A stretch of 38,314 nucleotides of DNA from Kiritimatiellia bacterium (lineage in GTDB: Bacteria; Verrucomicrobiota; Kiritimatiellia; RFP12; UBA1067): assembly GCA_051884935.1 (NCBI GenBank), contig JBJEWG010000222.1, positions 1 to 38,314 on the forward strand. The letters are read 5' to 3'. Made by a program: the position numbers and the translations under genes. Below are positions 36,426-38,314 of this stretch, piece by piece. The stretch's first letter is position 1, and each line of letters begins with the position of its first letter. Below the pieces are notes generated by a model, which ran no database searches, had not been told where the DNA came from, and saw only the letters and a list, made by a program, of their open reading frames with translations.

Positions 36426-36719
36426 ATGGTTAAAATCAGAATGCGTCGTACGGGTTGCAAGAACCACGCGACCTATCGTATCGTCGCGGCGGACGAGCGT
36501 TCGCCCCGTGACGGCAAGTTCCTGGAGATTCTTGGCTGGTACGACACCGCCATGAAGGAGAACAACTTCAAGTTGGATCTCGAGCGCGTCGAAGACTGGC
36601 TGAAGCATGGCGCCAAGCCCTCCGAGACGGTTGCCTCCCTGATCCGCCGCGCCCGCAACCCGCAGCTCAAGCCGCACCACGCGGTGAAGTCCAAGAAGGC
36701 CGAGGAGAAGAAGGCCTAA
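36426..36719 (+). CDS. rpsP: 30S ribosomal protein S16
   Basis: MVKIRMRRTG, YRIVAADERSPRDGKFLEILGWY, WLKHGAKPSETV. Confidence 0.97.
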   Translation: MVKIRMRRTGCKNHATYRIVAADERSPRDGKFLEILGWYDTAMKENNFKLDLERVEDWLKHGAKPSETVASLIRRARNPQLKPHHAVKSKKAEEKKA

Positions 36720-36773
36720 GAGGGCGGGGGGCTTCGGTTCCCTGAATCCTTCGAATAGAAAGGTGGTATTACC

Positions 36774-37142
36774 ATGGGTATTGCGATTCTGGACAAGATC
36801 AACGCCGAGCAGTCCAAGGCCATTATCGAGAAGAACTTCCCCGAGTTCCACTCGGGCGACACGGTGCGCGTTTCCGTGCGCATCAAGGAAGGCGACAAGA
36901 CGCGTCTTCAGGATTTCGAGGGCAAGGTCCTCGCGATCGACAACGGCACGAAGACCGCCAACGGCAACTTCACGGTCTCCCGCGACAGCTACGGCGTGCG
37001 CGTCGAGAAGCTCTTCCCGTTCGCGTCTCCCGCGGTCGAGAAGATCGTCGTCGTCAAGCGCAACCCCTCCTGGCGCAGCAAGCTCTACACGGAGCGTACG
37101 TTCTGCAGCCACAAGGCGGTGCGCAAGCTCGTGAAGAAATAA
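36774..37142 (+). CDS. rplS: 50S ribosomal protein L19
   Basis: PEFHSGDTVRV..RIKEGDKTRLQDFEG, FTV..SYGVRVEKLFPFASP, SKLY. Confidence 0.95.
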   Translation: MGIAILDKINAEQSKAIIEKNFPEFHSGDTVRVSVRIKEGDKTRLQDFEGKVLAIDNGTKTANGNFTVSRDSYGVRVEKLFPFASPAVEKIVVVKRNPSWRSKLYTERTFCSHKAVRKLVKK

Positions 37143-37166
37143 GATTCTTCGCGTATGCGACAGAAG

Positions 37167-37195
37167 GCGCCGTCCCGTTCGCGGGGCGGCGTTTT
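37167..37195 (+). terminator. Intrinsic terminator after rplS
   Basis: GCGCCGTCCCG-TTCG-CGGGGCGGCGT followed by TTT. Confidence 0.8.
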
Positions 37196-37225
37196 GCGTA
37201 TATATTGGCGGATGTGGCGGCTCAA

Positions 37226-37328
37226 ACGGTGCGCATCGGCGCGGGAAATGGTGCGCACCACTGGAGCAAATGGTGCGCACCATTTACGTCTGCGGTGCGC
37301 ACCATTTTGGGGGGATGATGCGCACCAA
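37226..37328. repeat. Tandem array of the palindrome TGGTGCGCACCA, 22-bp period, 5 copies
   Basis: GGTGCGCA cores at 37228, 37250, 37272, 37294 and a variant at 37317. Confidence 0.88.
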
Positions 37329-37342
37329 CTGGCCGCCTCATC

Positions 37343-37442
37343 CCGATGAGCTGACCCGAGTTGTGCCGATGAGCGACCCCGAGTTGTGCCGATGAGCGAC
37401 CCCGAGTTATGCCGATGAGCCGACCCGAGTTATGCCGATGAC
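37343..37442. repeat. 23-bp tandem repeat (same family as 21600-21747), 4 copies
   Basis: CGAGTTRTGCCGATGA at 37357, 37380, 37403, 37426. Confidence 0.9.
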
Positions 37443-37564
37443 TTAGAAACTCCGAGCGTTGGCAAAGGGGTTTCGCGACTCCACAACGGCTGTTCTTCGG
37501 CTCAATAGGCGTTTAATTTCTGATTGACGTATTCGACGCCGGAAGAGGTACATAATGACTGTAT

Positions 37565-37632
37565 CGGTTGGTGAGCTTGTCGAACCAACGCCTCCTTGCG
37601 CGCTCTTGTCGCTTCGACAGACTCGGCGACCG
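37565..37632. repeat. REP/REPIN-like imperfect inverted repeat
   Basis: CGGTTGGTGAGCTTGTCGAA (37565-37584) pairs with TTCGACAGACTCGGCGACCG (37613-37632): 15/20 Watson-Crick plus 3 G-U. Confidence 0.55.
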
Positions 37633-37728
37633 ATGAAAAGGGCTGTGCAATCGGCTTTCCCGCGGGCGCTCGGAGTTTTCCGCCGTACCGCCTCGTTGCC
37701 GATAGTCAGACTTTCTCAATTCGCATTA

Positions 37729-37778
<50 letters not shown>

Positions 37779-37858
37779 TTGCGGGTAAGGCGAGTTGGAC
37801 TTTGCCTGCGGCGATGTCGCCGTGGGGTCCTGGCGCGCCAAAAGGAGAAGGAGTGTCG

Positions 37859-38314
37859 ATGAAGGCGAGATTGCTTGTGGGACTGCTGGCATTGACGGCG
37901 GGCATCTGCATGGCGGAGGAGTGCTGGTGGGTTGGGCAGGCCTCCTCGGACCCGATGAATGCCGGGTTCTGGTGGTCTACTGGCGGGGGGCTGCCGGATG
38001 AGACCGACACGATCTGCATCAACGACGGCGCGGACCATCCGCTCGCCATCACGTCCGAGACGGATTTGACGTGTGCGCGCTTTCTCCTCGGCGTTGACAA
38101 GCCGAACAAGAACAATTCCGTCGTGATGAGCGGCGGGAAGGTGACGATACTGGAAGACCTCTCAATCGGTCGCTTGGCATCGTCCGGCGGCACGTTCACC
38201 CAGAACGGTGGCGCGTTGACCGTGGGGGATCGGGTGATGATCGCCTTTGGAGCGGACTCGGCGGGGCGTGTTCACGCTCGCGGACGGCGCGACGCTGAAC
38301 GACGTCGCCCGCAT
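37859..38314 (+). CDS. N-terminal part of a secreted autotransporter-passenger-like protein (runs off the window; absent from the ORF track)
   Basis: SD AGGAG; manual translation MKARLLVGLLALTAGICMA-EECWWVG...WWSTGGGLP...VVMSGGKVTI...GTFTQNGGALTV; possible +1 frameshift at 38263-38266. Confidence 0.75.
   Translation, partial: MKARLLVGLLALTAGICMAEECWWVGQASSDPMNAGFWWSTGGGLPDETDTICINDGADHPLAITSETDLTCARFLLGVDKPNKNNSVVMSGGKVTILEDLSIGRLASSGGTFTQNGGALTVGDRVMIAFGADSAGRVHARGRRDAERRRPH

Noticed and set aside
21586..37442. All intergenic arrays sharing one 22-bp period
   Set aside because: On counting, the GACCCGAGTT family has a 23-bp period; only the two palindromic arrays are 22 bp

Overview
GC-rich bacterial chromosomal window with about 30 CDSs, all on the + strand, and one tRNA-Thr(CGT) on the - strand. 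The gene content suggests a PVC-superphylum anaerobe, probably Kiritimatiellae/Lentisphaerae-like; this is an inference, not a tested placement. The left part (1-14 kb) is accessory: SGNH and YqiA esterases, large secreted lectin/LamG/FN3 proteins, a Tat-linked FAD oxidoreductase pair and a leaderless XRE gene that looks like a collapsed toxin-antitoxin module. The rest is mostly housekeeping or envelope: M20 peptidase, trpB2, Gfo/Idh/MocA, a PTP-like phosphatase, rpsT, pgk, a TPR-TPR-ExbB-ExbD-ExbD-prenyltransferase-fold-LolE-LolD cluster, an ETF-QO-like gene, htpX, rpsP and rplS. The most interesting signals are: (1) three secreted-protein genes have sigma70 promoters whose -35/-10 spacer is a poly(A) tract, giving spacers of 15, 17 and 38 bp, whereas five housekeeping promoters here have 17 bp; this suggests slipped-strand phase variation, and two of the three share a conserved ~140-bp cassette; (2) three complete, modular secreted proteins lack an autotransporter barrel but share a 7-residue C-terminal tail (GTIVILR, SFLLIIK, ATVLRIR), a candidate sorting signal; (3) an ExbB/ExbD motor operon has a TM + Pro-rich linker + alpha/alpha-toroid protein in the TonB position; (4) there are several intergenic 22/23-bp tandem arrays. 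No CRISPR, integrase or transposase was seen.
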